NCBI GenBank assembly: GCA_951406725.2
Contig: OX597829.1
Location: 50,344,001 to 50,408,000, forward strand
From: Octopus vulgaris
Lineage: Eukaryota
Length of the DNA: 64,000 bases
Reading direction: 5' to 3'
Position numbers and translations under genes: made by a program. The notes below the pieces were generated by a model. That model saw only the letters and a list, made by a program, of their open reading frames with translations, did no database searches and was not told the origin of the DNA. Positions 1 through 12,403 of this stretch are shown piece after piece (the first letter of the stretch is position 1; each line of letters opens with the position of its first letter).

Positions 1-280
1 CACATTGCATCACAACATTAAGATAGAACTGCTTCCCCTCTACTGGCCCTGCTCCCTTTAACATCATACCAAGACACATAACAGAAGAAGAAGATCCCCT
101 AACATTTAAACAGTTCCTGGATGAATATCTCCAACAAATATCAGAAAAACCACCTACTCCCAGATATATCTCTGTAAAGAATAACTCTTCAAATGGGCTA
201 TGGTGCCCAATGAATGACTCACATGAAACAGTTTTAAATGTCTTTTCCAAGTGGTTAGACATGGCCTGGGCCCATGATGA
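1..280 (+). mobile_element. 3' end relic of a CR1/L2-like LINE
   Basis: Degenerate frame reads GPA.FNIIPRHITEEEDPLTFKQFLDEYLQQI, resembling the GP.LFN.LP...FK..LD.FL C-terminus of CR1-group ORF2. Confidence 0.55.
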
Positions 281-394
281 CTAAATCTTATTACTTTGAA
301 ATAAGTAAATATATAATATAATTTTATCTCTCACTCTCACAAGATTAAAATGGATAGACCAATCATAAACGATGTTTGTAGGAGCAAAATATTC

Positions 395-600
395 CCATCC
401 ATCATTTAGCAACAATGTGGGTACTAATGTGTGACAATAGTTATCACATGTTGAATCATGAATGTAATAGCCAGGGGGGGAAAATGCAAAGAGCCAAGCG
501 ATTAGCTTGTTTGCCTTAACAGTTTCGATACCAACCTGATGACAGGTTGCTGTCTGCTCTTGCAGAATTAACCAGTTAATGAAATCAAGTGTGCTGAGAA
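395..600 (-). mobile_element. Degraded LINE RT C-terminal relic
   Basis: IETVKANKLIAWLF...HTLVPTLL resembles the KANR.LG.I...Y.TLVRP.LEY region of CR1/L2 ORF2. Confidence 0.35.
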
Positions 601-1091
601 GTGAAATGGAAATAATTATAGTAAAAATAATGGTGACACAGCTTTGTCTATGATACAAATTTCTTGTTTTAAAGTGATCCAAGAAAAAACCTCATGCTAA
701 TTTATGTTCCGAGCAACAGCTTATTAATCACTTCCTTCTACCTGTTCAAACCAAGGGTCTCCACCTCACTGTTCCCTGTTCATGTAATCTAATAAAACCT
801 TTCACACTACCTCAGATTCTCGTCATCTTTTCAATTTTTTCATTTTGTCATTTTTTCTACATATTTCGTCATTTTTACTTCATTTTTTAATTCTGTCATT
901 TTTCGTTCTTAGCTTCTGGTTTCCCCCATCACTAATTGCTAATTTCTCAATAATCACTTCCTTCTACCTGCTTCTTCGTTCCTCCTGTCCTTCATTCCTC
1001 CTAACTTCGCTTTACTTCTCTTAGCATAGCATCCCCTGTTTCTCTCCGACATCCCCTTTCACCATCCTACTAATGGCATTACCTTACTCTC

Positions 1092-1478
1092 TTCTCTCTT
1101 TTACTTGTTTCAGTCATTTGACTGCAGCGATGCTGGAGCACCACCTTTAATCGAGCAACTCAACCCCTGGACTTATTCTTTTGTAAGCCCAGTACTTATT
1201 CTATCGGTCTCTTTTGCCGAACCATTAAGTAACGGGGACATAAACACACCAGCATCGGTTGTCAAGCAATGCTAGGGGGACAAACACAGACACACAAACA
1301 CACACACGCATATATATACATATATACGACGGGCTTCTTTCAGTCTGCCAAATCCACTCACAAGGCTTTGGTCGGCCCGAGGCTATAGTAGAAGACACTT
1401 GCCCAAGGTGCCACGCAGTGGGACTGAACCCGGAACCATGTGGTTGGTAAACAAGCTACTTACCACACAGCCACTCCT
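1092..1478 (-). mobile_element. tRNA-derived SINE, family A (octopus OR/CORE-like), near full length
   Basis: On minus: tRNA-like head GGAGTGGCTGTGTGGTAAG...GGTTCAGTCCC, then ACCTTGGGCAAGTG core, internal (TA/TG)n, and tail CAGTCAAATGACTGAAACAAGTAAAAGAG. More than 12 copies in the window. Confidence 0.85.
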
Positions 1479-1860
1479 TGTTATCTCTCTTTATTAAATT
1501 CTTCCTTATTTTCAAAATAAAATTGAAACAAAGACAGTGTGCTATTTCAACAGAAGTATGGTAATGAAAGAATTAAATTGGTCTAAATGAAAAACATTTT
1601 CCACCAAAATTTCATGTTGTATGTTTCAAACACCAGCTTTTTAATGACTAAGTTTATTTCACTAAACTGTTTGCTATCTTCAAAATTAATTGGAATAAAG
1701 GTGATACATTTTAACAGAAATACAGTAATGATAGATTTTCACACACTTTAATATAACTGCAACCCGAATCAAGAGAAAGAAAGTTGACAGAGAGAAGAAT
1801 TTCCTGCAAATAATTGAATATTTTGTCTCATCTTCCCATAAACTGAATTAAAGTTCTACT

Positions 1861-2045
1861 CATCATCATCATCATCATCGTTTAATGTCCGCTTTCCATG
1901 CTAGCATGGGTTGGACGATTTGACTGAGGACTAGCAAACCAGATGGCTGCACCAGGCCCCAATCTTGATCTGGTAGAGTTTCTACAGATAGATGCCCTTC
2001 CTAACGCCAACCACTCTGAGAGTGTAGTGGGTGCTTTTACGTGCC
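1861..2045 (-). mobile_element. 5'-truncated 3' tail of RTE-type LINE with (GAT)n end
   Basis: Matches the 3' UTR of the RTE copies at 5149-6285 and 23636-26188 (GGTTGGCGTTAGGAAGGGCATC...CATGCTAGCATGGAAAGCGGAC, GAT tail). Confidence 0.8.
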
Positions 2046-2679
2046 TTTCCCTTCTATTTCTACTGTGGTTAATATTGTCTTTAGGGAGGTATGACTGGTA
2101 TGATAAAATACATACCAGTCATATATGAGGGTGGCGGTCACTGATACATTTCTTCAATAGATTTGTGCTTTGGTGCCAATGTAAATAATCAATATCCTTC
2201 CTTCTTCCCCACCTCCTTCACCAACTTGTCCCACAAAAAATATCAATACATCATCAATCTCTTTTTGTCCCACATGAAATCAATGTCTTCTTTATTTCCT
2301 CACCATGCTGTCCCTTGCACACCCCACACACACACACAGAAAATCGATATTTTTACCTAACTCACATCTTTGTGCTCAATGCAAGAAATCAATTCCCCCC
2401 CCCCCCCCGTATCTGGGCTTGGTTTCCTAGAACAGATGTAAGCTTCCCAGTGAACCAAGTCCAAACCTGCGTTTCAATTCCCACCTTTCAGCTACTTTTA
2501 TTTTTCTGTTGCTTCTAGGTCTACTCTGACCTGGAGTGGTAGTACCTACCAGGTTCCCAGCCATGGGCTTAAATAGCATGTAACAACTTGAGCCAGGGTA
2601 CATTGAATTCATAGGATGCAGTGTAAGTATATTTGGATGTGAACTATTTTACTATTCTGGCAAAGGAATTTTATTGCAT

Positions 2680-3480
2680 CAGTGGTAATTATCACCAGAT
2701 GCTGAGCAGATGAACTGACAACAATCAACAACCAGAGTCAACCAGTCCAGTTAACAAACTACTGTTATCAACTGTAACTAAAACCTAAGCCAGATATTCA
2801 AATCAGTGGTGAATATCGCTAGATGCTGAACAGATGAATGGACAAGAAACTGTCAACAGCCACAGTCAACCAGTCCAGTTAACAAACAAGTGTTATCAAC
2901 TGTAATCATAGCATGCAGAGGTGAGATATTTTTGCTAAGAAAAGACAAATGTAACTAAAACCTAGCCAGATATTCAAGTCAATGGTGAATGTCACTAAAT
3001 GCTGAGCAGATGAATGGACAAGAAACTGTCAGTGGCCAAGATCAACCAGTTCAGTTAGTGGTGAGCTAATGCTACCATCTGTAGCTGTGGGACATATGCA
3101 GATGAAATATTTCAATTAGAAAAAGACCAATGTAGCTAAAACCTAAGTCAGATGTTCAAATCAATGGTGAATATCACTAGATGCTGAGAAGATGAACAGA
3201 CAAGAAACTGTCAATGGCTAGTATCAACCAGTTCAGTTAACAAACAACTGTTATCAAGTGTAATTATGGAATGCAGAGGTGAGATATTTCAGTTAGTGTA
3301 CGACCAATGTGACTAAAAACCAAGTCAGATGTTTGAGTCAATGGCAAATATCATTAAATGCTGAGAAGATGACAAGACAACAAACTGTCAGTGATCAGGA
3401 TCAACCAGTTCAGTTAGTGAACTACTGCTATCATCTGACATGCATAGATAAGATATTTCAGCTAAGAAAAGACCAGTATG
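2680..3480. repeat. Diverged ~180-bp tandem repeat, ~4.5 units
   Basis: ATGCTGA..AGATGA...TCAACCAGT.CAGTTA recurs at ~2698, 2822, 2999, 3180 and 3358. Confidence 0.8.
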
Positions 3481-3574
3481 GCTCAAATCCAGGCCAGATG
3501 TTTATGCCTCGTCATTTGATCGACATATCTGGCAAGTCACCCAACAAAGTAAAAAAACAGAAAAGAAATATTTA

Positions 3575-3980
3575 TTTTTTTATTGCCCACAAGGGGCCAA
3601 ACATAGAGGGGACAAACAAGGGGATTAAGTCGATTATATCGACCTCAGCGATTCACTGGTACTTAATTTATCGACCCCCGAAAGGATGAAAGGCAAAGTC
3701 GATCTCAGCGGAATTTGAACTCAGAACGTAATGGTAGACAAAATACCTATTTCTTTACTACCCACAAGGGGCCAAACACAGAGGGGACAAACAAGGACAG
3801 ACAAACGGATTAAGTCGATTATATCGACCCCAGTGCATAACTGGTACTTATTTAATCGACCCCGAAAGGATGAAAGGCAAAGTCGATCTCGGCGGAATTT
3901 GAACTCAGAACATAATGGCAGACAAAATACCGCTTGGCATTTCGCCCGGCGTGCTAACGTTTCTACCAGCTCACTGCCTT
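3575..3980 (-). mobile_element. tRNA-derived SINE, family B (partially duplicated)
   Basis: Minus strand GGCAGTGAGCTGGTAGAAACGTTAGCACGCCGGG...GAGTTCAAATTCCGCCGAG. Related copies at ~7160, 19400, 19780, 50395, 51175 and 59045. Confidence 0.8.
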
Positions 3981-4809
3981 AACAGAAAAGAAATATTGCT
4001 ATAGTCATAGACTGCAGTGTTTCAGTTCCATAAAGTATTGGTCTACCAAATCTTACTTCAAAACTTCAATCCTGCCACAGGTGTTTTATCAAGCTTCTGG
4101 GGAGTGAACACATTACGCTAGATTGACTCACTTCACCTGTTTGTAAAGTATAAATCACCAAAAATTCTCTTAAAGTTACCTGCCATAAATCAACATATTT
4201 CATAAAGGAGGTGTATGGAAGAGGAAGGGGGCTGCCTCTTATCTAGACTGTTCTAAAAATTTAGAGTAAAGAACTACCTGTAAAGTGCACTCATCCACCT
4301 CAATGATCTAGTAATGCCTTTAAGATAAACAAGATGGGGTGGGATAGAGGGGGTTATAAGGAGGAGGGAGAGAGGTAGGGAGGGAGTAGGCGGGCGGAGA
4401 GAAAAATAATAGTGGAGTCTATATTATTTTTTATGTTTTTATTTGTTACAGTCATTGGGCTGTGGCCATGCTGGGGCTCTGCCTTGAAGAGTTTTAGCAA
4501 AACAATTTGATTTCAGTGTTTATTCTTTTATTTGTTTCATTTATTTGACTATGGCCATGCTGGAGCACCACCTTGAAGGATTTTAGTTGAACAAATCAAC
4601 CCCGGGACTTATTCTTTGTAAGCCTAGTACTTATCCTATTGGTCACTTTTGCTGAACCACTAAGTTACAGACATGTAAACACACAAACAGCAGTTGTCAA
4701 GCAATGATGGGGGAACAAATACAGACACACAGACACATGCACATAAATATGTACATACATACATATATATATATATAATCAAAATAAGCAACAAGGATAT
4801 CCAAAGGTA

Positions 4810-4900
4810 ATGCAGTACGATCATTTCATGCAACTCCATTTAATTGAACAATGCAAACATTACATCAATTTAAAATGTAGAGAGCAATCTTCAGCTGCAT
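4810..4900 (-). ncRNA. Type I hammerhead ribozyme motif with long stem II
   Basis: Minus: AUGCAG-CUGAAGA-(long stem II)-GAAA-UGAUC-GUA-CUGCAU. Perfect 6-bp stem I, quasi-palindromic stem III, GUA cleavage triplet. Confidence 0.7.
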
Positions 4901-5099
4901 AAAAATATAGAATTTAGTTAAATTCGAAGGATTCAATTGTATAGTTTTCTTATTATCCAAAATCACAAAGAGGATAATTAGATACACAAAGAACATGTTT
5001 CATTATTTGAATTATATGGATAATACCATACTAAATTCTGGTGCCTTTAACTTAAGTACCACATTCAACTGAATCTAAATATTACTGAACTTATATATA

Positions 5100-5148
<49 letters not shown>

Positions 5149-5150
<2 letters not shown>

Positions 5151-6285
5151 TCTGGTGCAATAAACACTGAAAGTGCGCAGAGACCATCTTCCGTCACATT
5201 CCAGGGAGAAAAACTTGAAATAGTTGATAGTTTCCGTTACCTAGGTGACCAAGTCAGTAGCGGGGGTGGGTGTGCCAAAAGTGTAACTGCTAGAGTAAGA
5301 ATAGCCTGGGCAAAGTTCAGAGAGCTCTTACCTCTGCTGGTGACAAAAGGCCTCTCGCTCAGAGTAAAAGGCAGACTGTATGACGCATGTGTGCGAACAG
5401 CCATGCTACATGGCAATGAAACATGGGCCGTGACTGCTGAGGATATGCGTAAGCTTGCAAGAAATGAAGCCAGTATGCTCCGTTGGACGTGTAATGTCAG
5501 TGTTCATACCAGACAGAGTGTAAGTGCCTTGAGAGAAAAGTTGGACCTAAGAAGCATCAGATGTGGTGTGCAAGAGAGGCGTCTACGCTGGTATGGACAC
5601 GTAGTAAGAATGGATGAAGATAGTTGTGTGAAAAAGTGCCACACCCTGGCGGTTGAGGGAACCTGTGGAAGAGGCAGACCCAGGAAAACCTGGGACGAGG
5701 TGGTGCAGAATGACCTTCGCTCTTTAGGTCTCACTGAAGAAATGACCAGAGACCGAGACCTTTGGAAGTATGCTGTGCGTGAGAAGACCCGGCTGGACAA
5801 GTGAGGCCATAACCCATGGCCCCTACCTGGAACGTAGTCAGTGCACCTATGCATACCTTCCTTCTTGGGACACATAACTCTACTTGTGAAGACCTGTTGA
5901 GGCAAGTGAAAATGGACAAAATCAAAAGCAAACTCGATGAACATTAATGGAATTTGTAGTTTTGTGGTACCAGTGCCGGTGGCACATACGAAAACCATCC
6001 GAACGTGGCCGTAGCCAGTACTGCATTGACTGGCCTCCGTGCCGGTGGCACGTAAAAAACACCATCCGAGCATGTCCGTTCGCCAGCCTCGTCTGGCACC
6101 TGTTTCGGTGGCACATAAAATCACCCACTACACTCTTGGAGTGGTTGGCGTTAGGAAGGGCATCCAGCTGTAGAAACACTGCCAGATCTGACTGGCCTGG
6201 TGCAGCCTTCGGGCTTCCCAGACCCCAGTTGCACCGTCCAACCCATGCTAGCATGGAAAGCGGACGTTAAACGATGATGATGATG
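5149..6285 (+). mobile_element. 5'-truncated RTE-clade LINE (RT C-terminus + 3' UTR)
   Basis: ORF ...EKLEIVDSFRYLGD...AMLHGNETWA...RRLRWYGHVVRM...GRGRPRKTW to stop at 5804, followed by 3' UTR and (GAT)n tail. Starts in (TA)n. Confidence 0.9.
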
Positions 6286-6874
6286 ATATATATATATATA
6301 CACACACACATATAAATATCATCATCATCATCATAATCATTGTTTAACGTCTGTTTTCCATGCTGGCATGGGTTGGACAGTTTGACTGAGTACTAGTGGT
6401 GGTGGTGTTGGTGGTGTTGAAGGAGATGATAACGATGACGATGTAGATGATGAATAACATCCCCGTTGACTAGGCCCATGTGCACTACATGACATATGGG
6501 ACGATCCCCCGAAAGATTTGCTGTGGGTCTCCAACAAAACAAAAAAAACTAAAGGGCAACTCCATCTTCATTTCAAAGATGTATGCAAGAGAAGCAATGA
6601 AATAACTGAATTTGAACCTTAAAAGCTACAGGTGATCACTAACACAGTAGGGTAGAACTACACAGAAGTTCACTTATTAATGACTTGTCAGGACACGGTA
6701 TTTTGTCATGCAACTATAATATACTACAAAATATATTAAATGTTTTTATAAGTCAATACCATGTTCTACTGGGTTAGCAGTGCTATTAAATCACATGTTA
6801 AGGTTATCTCTACAGATATTCTATAGAAATTATAGCCAGCACCGAATTTTGTTGTGAGAAATTGGTGTACTCTT

Positions 6875-7095
6875 CCCTCTTTTACACTTTTACCTGTTTC
6901 AGTCATTTATTTGACTGTCGCCATGCTGGAGCACTTTAGTCGATCGAGCAAATCGACCCCAGGACTTATTCTTTGTAAGCCTAGTACTTACTCTATCGGC
7001 CTCTATTGCCAAACCGCTAAGTCATGGAGACGTAAACACACTAGCATCGGTTGTCAAGCGATGTTGGGGGGACAAACACAGACACACAAACATAT

Positions 7096-7134
<39 letters not shown>

Positions 7135-7531
7135 CGACAGGCTTCTTTCAGTTTCCTATTTCTTTATTGCCCACAAGGGGTTAAACTTAGAGGGGACAAA
7201 CAAGGACAGACAACAAGATTAAGTTGATTACATTGACCCCAGTGTGTAACCAGTACTAAATTTATCGACCCCGAAAGGATGAAGGGCAAAGTCAACCTTG
7301 GCGGAATTTGAACACAGGAGGTAGCGGCAGACAAAATACCAATAAGCATTTCACCCGGCGTGTTAACATTTCTGCCAAAGTGCTGCGGCTTCTTTCAGTT
7401 TCCGTCTACCAAATCCACTCAAAAGGCTTTGGTCGGCCTGTGGCTATAGTAGAAGACACTTGCCCAAGGTACCATGCAGTGGGACTGAAACCCGGAACCA
7501 TGTGGTTCATAAGCAAGCTACTTACCACAGC

Positions 7532-7573
<42 letters not shown>

Positions 7574-7732
7574 CGACGGGCTTCTTTCAGTTTCTGTCTA
7601 CCAAATCCACTCACAAGACTTTGGTCGGCCTGCGGCTATAGTAGAAGACACTTGCCTAAGGTGCCACACAGTGGGACTGAACCCGGAACCATGTGGTTAG
7701 TAAGCAAGCTACTTACCACACAGCCACTCCTA
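6875..7732 (-). mobile_element. Nested SINE cluster (family A with family B insert and duplicated head)
   Basis: Family A tail 6875-7155, family B piece 7160-7378, and two family A heads at 7385-7732. Confidence 0.75.
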
Positions 7733-8041
7733 TGTCAGATGTAAACAAACAAAGAGATCAAAGATCAAAAATGGGTAGTGGGCATATATGCTCATCATCA
7801 TCGTCATCATCATCATCATCATCATCGTTTAACGTCCACTTTCAAAAGTAAAGCAAAGAGATGCTGAGGCTTAATGGTGAAGGAAAAGAGCAAACAGCAC
7901 AAAGGCAATACTTTCACACAACTCTCCATCCAATGCAGTGACTCCAGCTGAGGCTGTCACTTCTATGTGGGCCTCCGCAGTTGTTGTTGACAATGTTGAT
8001 TTGTCAACAGAGATTCTGGTAGGAGGGTTTTGGTAAAAAAT

Positions 8042-8182
8042 ATGGTTGCTTGCCAACCACATGGTTCCGGGTTCAGTCCCACTACATGCCACCTTGGGCA
8101 AGTGTCTTCTACTATAGCCTTGGGCTGACTTAAGGCCTTGTGAGTGGATTTGGGAGATGGAAACTGAAAGAAGCCCATCATA

Positions 8183-8268
<86 letters not shown>

Positions 8269-8281
8269 ATATATATATAAA

Positions 8282-8346
<65 letters not shown>

Positions 8347-8610
8347 TATGTGTGTGTGTGTGTGTATGTGTGTGTGTGTGTGTGTGTATATGTTTGTGTG
8401 TCTGTGTTTGTGTCCCCCCCCCCAACATCGCTTGACAACTGATGCTGGTGTGTTTATGTCCCTGTAGCTTAGTGGTTCGGCAAAAGAGACCGGTAGAATA
8501 AGTACTAGGCTTACAAAGAATAAGTCCTGGGGTCAATTTGATCGACTAAAGGCGGTGCTCCAGCATGGCCGCAGTCAAATGACTGAAACAAGTAAAAGAG
8601 TAAAAGAGTA
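8042..8610 (+). mobile_element. Family A SINE with expanded central (TA)n
   Basis: Head at 8042-8180, ~165 bp (TA)n, tail ending GAAACAAGTAAAAGAGTAAAAGAG. Confidence 0.85.
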
Positions 8611-9605
8611 ACTGAGGGCCATCCACATGTCTACAATGGATGTAGAGGTCCGTGTGGAAGTGATCGTGCTAAGCATTTTACGTGGTGTGCTAACAATCCA
8701 GCCAGCTCACTGCTTTACTTTAGTGGAGCCACATGGCCAAGTGGTTAGAGCGGCGGACTTATGGTTGAGGGATCGCAGGTTCGAATCTCAGACTGGGCAA
8801 TGTGTGTGTTTATGAGTAAGTGAAACAGGGAAACCCGGCTCTTATGAGCCAGGAATGACTCAAGAAGGAACAAATGACAATAACTGCTTTACTTTGGATA
8901 ATTGATATTAAAGTGAACACAAGGACCAAGAAACATATACAAATGAAACTGGGTAGGAGGTAAAAAAAAAACAAGTCCTTGAAGATAATCATTATAAATT
9001 GTTACCATGGTTATTGGTCACCACTGGCAACGATTCCTTCTTTACTGCCTGAATTCTTCCTGATTTCTGCCATAAAGAAAAGCCCTTATCCAAAATGATT
9101 GTCTGTAATTCAGTTCTTCTTCCATCATTATTTCCAGGCAATGCACTTGAAGATAAGATGTTTCTTGCATTGGTAAGAATACACAACTTCTAGCTAAAGC
9201 ACTTGACAAATGCAGATAAAATATTTGAAAGAGACTCTTCAATGGCATTTCTGAAGATGCAAAGATTTACTCTCTTAGCAATTTGTTGTGCTAAGTGAAC
9301 AGCAGAAATAAAACGACCATATTCGGGAACTCGAAAGCCCTCTTGAATTTGAAAGTAATTAGTTGCCAATTAGCTACACTCTTTTTTTTTACCGTTTTAT
9401 TATTCCTTTATTTGTTTCAGTCACTGGACTGCAGCTATATTATGGAATCACCGTGAAGAGTTTAGCTGATCAAATAAATGCCGGTACTTATATATTAAGT
9501 TTAGTACTTATTGGTACTTATTTCATCGGTTTCTTTTTTTCACTGGATAATCAAGAAGATAAATAATCAAGCACTAGTTGTCAAGCAATGAAAGACAAAC
9601 ACATA

Positions 9606-9811
9606 CGAAGGGGTACTAAAAAGTTCCTGGTTCGGGGGGAAAAAGAAAATACAGAAGGATCAGTTAATTATGATTTTATTGTACATATTCTCCTCTCAGA
9701 TTAACACACTTAATGCAGTTGTCCTTCAGTTTTTCAAAGCTGTGTAAAATAACTCAGAAAGTTGGGCCTCCAACCAAGACTTTTGCCAGGAATTTTCAGC
9801 ACCCTTTCATG
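9606..9811. mobile_element. Tc1/mariner-like MITE
   Basis: Terminal inverted repeats CGAAGGGGTACTAAAAAGTTCCTGG / CCAGGAATTTTCAGCACCCTTTCA, TA at the left flank. Second copy nearby. Confidence 0.6.
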
Positions 9812-9838
9812 TGTGTGTGTGTGTGTATGTGTGTGTGC

Positions 9839-9878
<40 letters not shown>

Positions 9879-10080
9879 ATATATATATATATATGAAGAA
9901 CGAAGGCTTTGAATGACCCGTTTGTCTTTTTGTTCGTACCTTCATGTATTTCACGTTATTTATTTATGTAAAGGTTTATTATATATATATATATATGCAT
10001 TGTCGTTTCTTTTTCTTGTGTTTGTTCTGCATTTTTTGGGATTTACTATACACACACACACACACATACACACATGCACA

Positions 10081-10297
10081 TGAGGGGTTAGTGAAAAGTT
10101 CCTGGCTCTGGGTAAAAGAAAATAGAGGAAGATCAGTTAATTATGATTTTATTCAACAAATTCCCCTCTCAGATTCACAAACTTATTGCAGTGGTCCTTC
10201 AGTTTTTCTAAGCCCTGTAAAAGAACTCAGAAGGTTGGGTGTCCAACCAAGCCTTTCACAATACCCTTAAAGCCAGGAACTTTTCAGCATGCCCTCA
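10081..10297. mobile_element. Tc1/mariner-like MITE, second copy
   Basis: TGAGGGGTTAGTGAAAAGTTCCTGG...CCAGGAACTTTTCAGCATGCCCTCA followed by TA. Internal sequence homologous to 9606-9811. Confidence 0.6.
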
Positions 10298-10658
10298 TAT
10301 ATATATATATACACACATACATAACACCCCACCACACACATACACACACAGAGTTGTAGTAGCAGAAGTACATTTATAGGATAACTGCAAGCTATCTCTT
10401 CAATTAGTTTCTTCATTGTTTCATTCTAGCAAATTCCCTTTCAAGGCACACATGTGTGAAGTGGACTCCTTAATGCCTGCCCTCCCCCAAAGTAAATAAT
10501 TGGAAAAAAAGAAAAGAAAAGACAAGTAGTTACATCGACACCTCCCAACATGTTTAACTGCACTTGTGTAAATGTTACTTTGCTATTTAAACAACTAAAA
10601 TGTTAGATAAATAATTTTAATATAGATCATAACTAGTGGTCAAAACAGAAACATGAAG

Positions 10659-10713
<55 letters not shown>

Positions 10714-10878
10714 TAATACATAGGTGTAGGAGTGGCTGTGTGGTAAGTAGCTTGCTTATGTAACACAGGGTTCAGTCCCACTGCGTAGCACCTTGGGCAA
10801 GTGTCCTCTACTATAACCTCAGGCTAACCAAAGCCTTGTGAGTGGATTTGGTAGACGGAAACTGAAAGAAGCCCATCT

Positions 10879-10916
<38 letters not shown>

Positions 10917-10921
<5 letters not shown>

Positions 10922-12403
10922 ATACAATATGTTACATTACTCGGTAGTCAAGATAAAACTCTGAGTTTCAGATGCCGAAGTGGAAATCCACAACACCATC
11001 TCTTCGGTTATCTGGCTATTTGAAAACGTTATGAAAAAATACCATTAAAAATGAAGGGAAATTACTCTGTTATAACTCTGCTTTGCCTGCGTACTTATAC
11101 ATCGCTCGCATTTTTCGTCATAAAAATTATATAAAAATACATAAAAATATATAAAAATATATAAAATCTTCTTGGGACATAACACAGAAAGCATGTTCTA
11201 TCCGTTTTCTTTAGGGGACCAAAAACGTAACAGAAATTTAGTCACATGTGGGCATGATCCGAAAAGCTCTGTCCTTGTATTTAGATATGTGGTAGGGTCT
11301 AAGCTGCTTTTCCAGATAAGCCATCTCTCCATGTCGCATAAACCGCACCTTCCACTGCCGTTAGTATAGGGCTTACATCTGGCCAAAATCTTCCATTGTA
11401 TGTTATAATCGACACCTTTATCTCTTAAAGACCAAATATGATTGGATAATTGTGTCGCTTTTCTTTTGTTCCAGTGCCTAAAGCTCAAAGTGTGGTTATT
11501 GAACCTGGCCTTGAAATTACCCTCTGTCAGGCCCACGTATTTCTTCGTCGAAACGGTGTCTTTAGTGGTTATAGAGTTTACGGTAGCTTCATATATGATG
11601 GTCTTGGACATGCAAGCTCCATTTAGCGGGCACAATTCTTTATTCCTGCATGAACAGCTGTTTTCTTCTTGTGTTTTTTGTATGTTATGATTGATTATGT
11701 TTTTAAAATTGGTAGTTGAACTAAAACTAATTTTTAAATTGTGTCTATTGAAGAGTTTCCTATAAGCATGGTTAACTGGAAAATGTCTATCTATCAGTGC
11801 TAGGAAATATTTACCTATATTGAAGTCCACCTCGGGTGAGTAAGGGGCGTAAACCAGATGACCTTCCTATTTCTATTATTCCTTTTCCTTATTGTTGGGC
11901 TGGTGATAGGTGTATATTTTATTTTTTCGCTAAAACCACTATCTTTTAAAGCTTTATTATAAACTGGGGCAACGCTATTGAAGATGTCCTCATTAGATGA
12001 GAGGCTAGAAATCCTCTTACTAATATTTTTAACTAAATTTTTGAATACTATAGGGGGATGGCATGAACCTACATTAATATAACTTAGTCTATCATTGGGC
12101 TTCCTATAAGGCTTATAAATATTATTATTAAGATCTAAGGAAACGTCTAAGAAATTGACAACCGTCAGGTTAGTGTCTATAGTTATACTAAGTCCGAAGT
12201 GTTTCATTAACTGGATAATATCCTTCTAAAACGATCTTGTGCTGGTCCATTTGTATTAGCTGTTAAGGCGAGGGCATCATCTTTGTAGATGGCGAAATGT
12301 ACGTTAGGGAATGTCTTACTGAAGGTATCTAGGAGAAAGAGTCCAATTAGATCACAGATGCCTGCCCCATCATATGAACCCATGCTCACATCGAAAGCGC
12401 CCT
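10917..12403 (-). mobile_element. Penelope-like element, left (inverted) arm: partial RT + GIY-YIG endonuclease + terminal repeat
   Basis: Minus frames give FDVSMGSYDGA, AIYKDDAL (RT catalytic motif), VNFLDV, CSCRNKELCPLNGAC, IIYEA...KYVGLTEGNFKARFNNH, WKIL and CGLC. Frameshifts fall at homopolymers. Confidence 0.92.
10951..11013 (-). ncRNA. Mirror copy of the PLE hammerhead-like motif
   Basis: Exact reverse complement of 13794-13856. Confidence 0.6.

Noticed and set aside
530-550. CTGATGA hammerhead core
   Set aside because: It lies within a simple CAACCTG/CAGGTTG hairpin with no downstream GAAA or stem III.
281-682. 133-aa ORF as a host gene exon
   Set aside because: The recognisable part resembles decayed LINE ORF2 and shows no CEP104 similarity.
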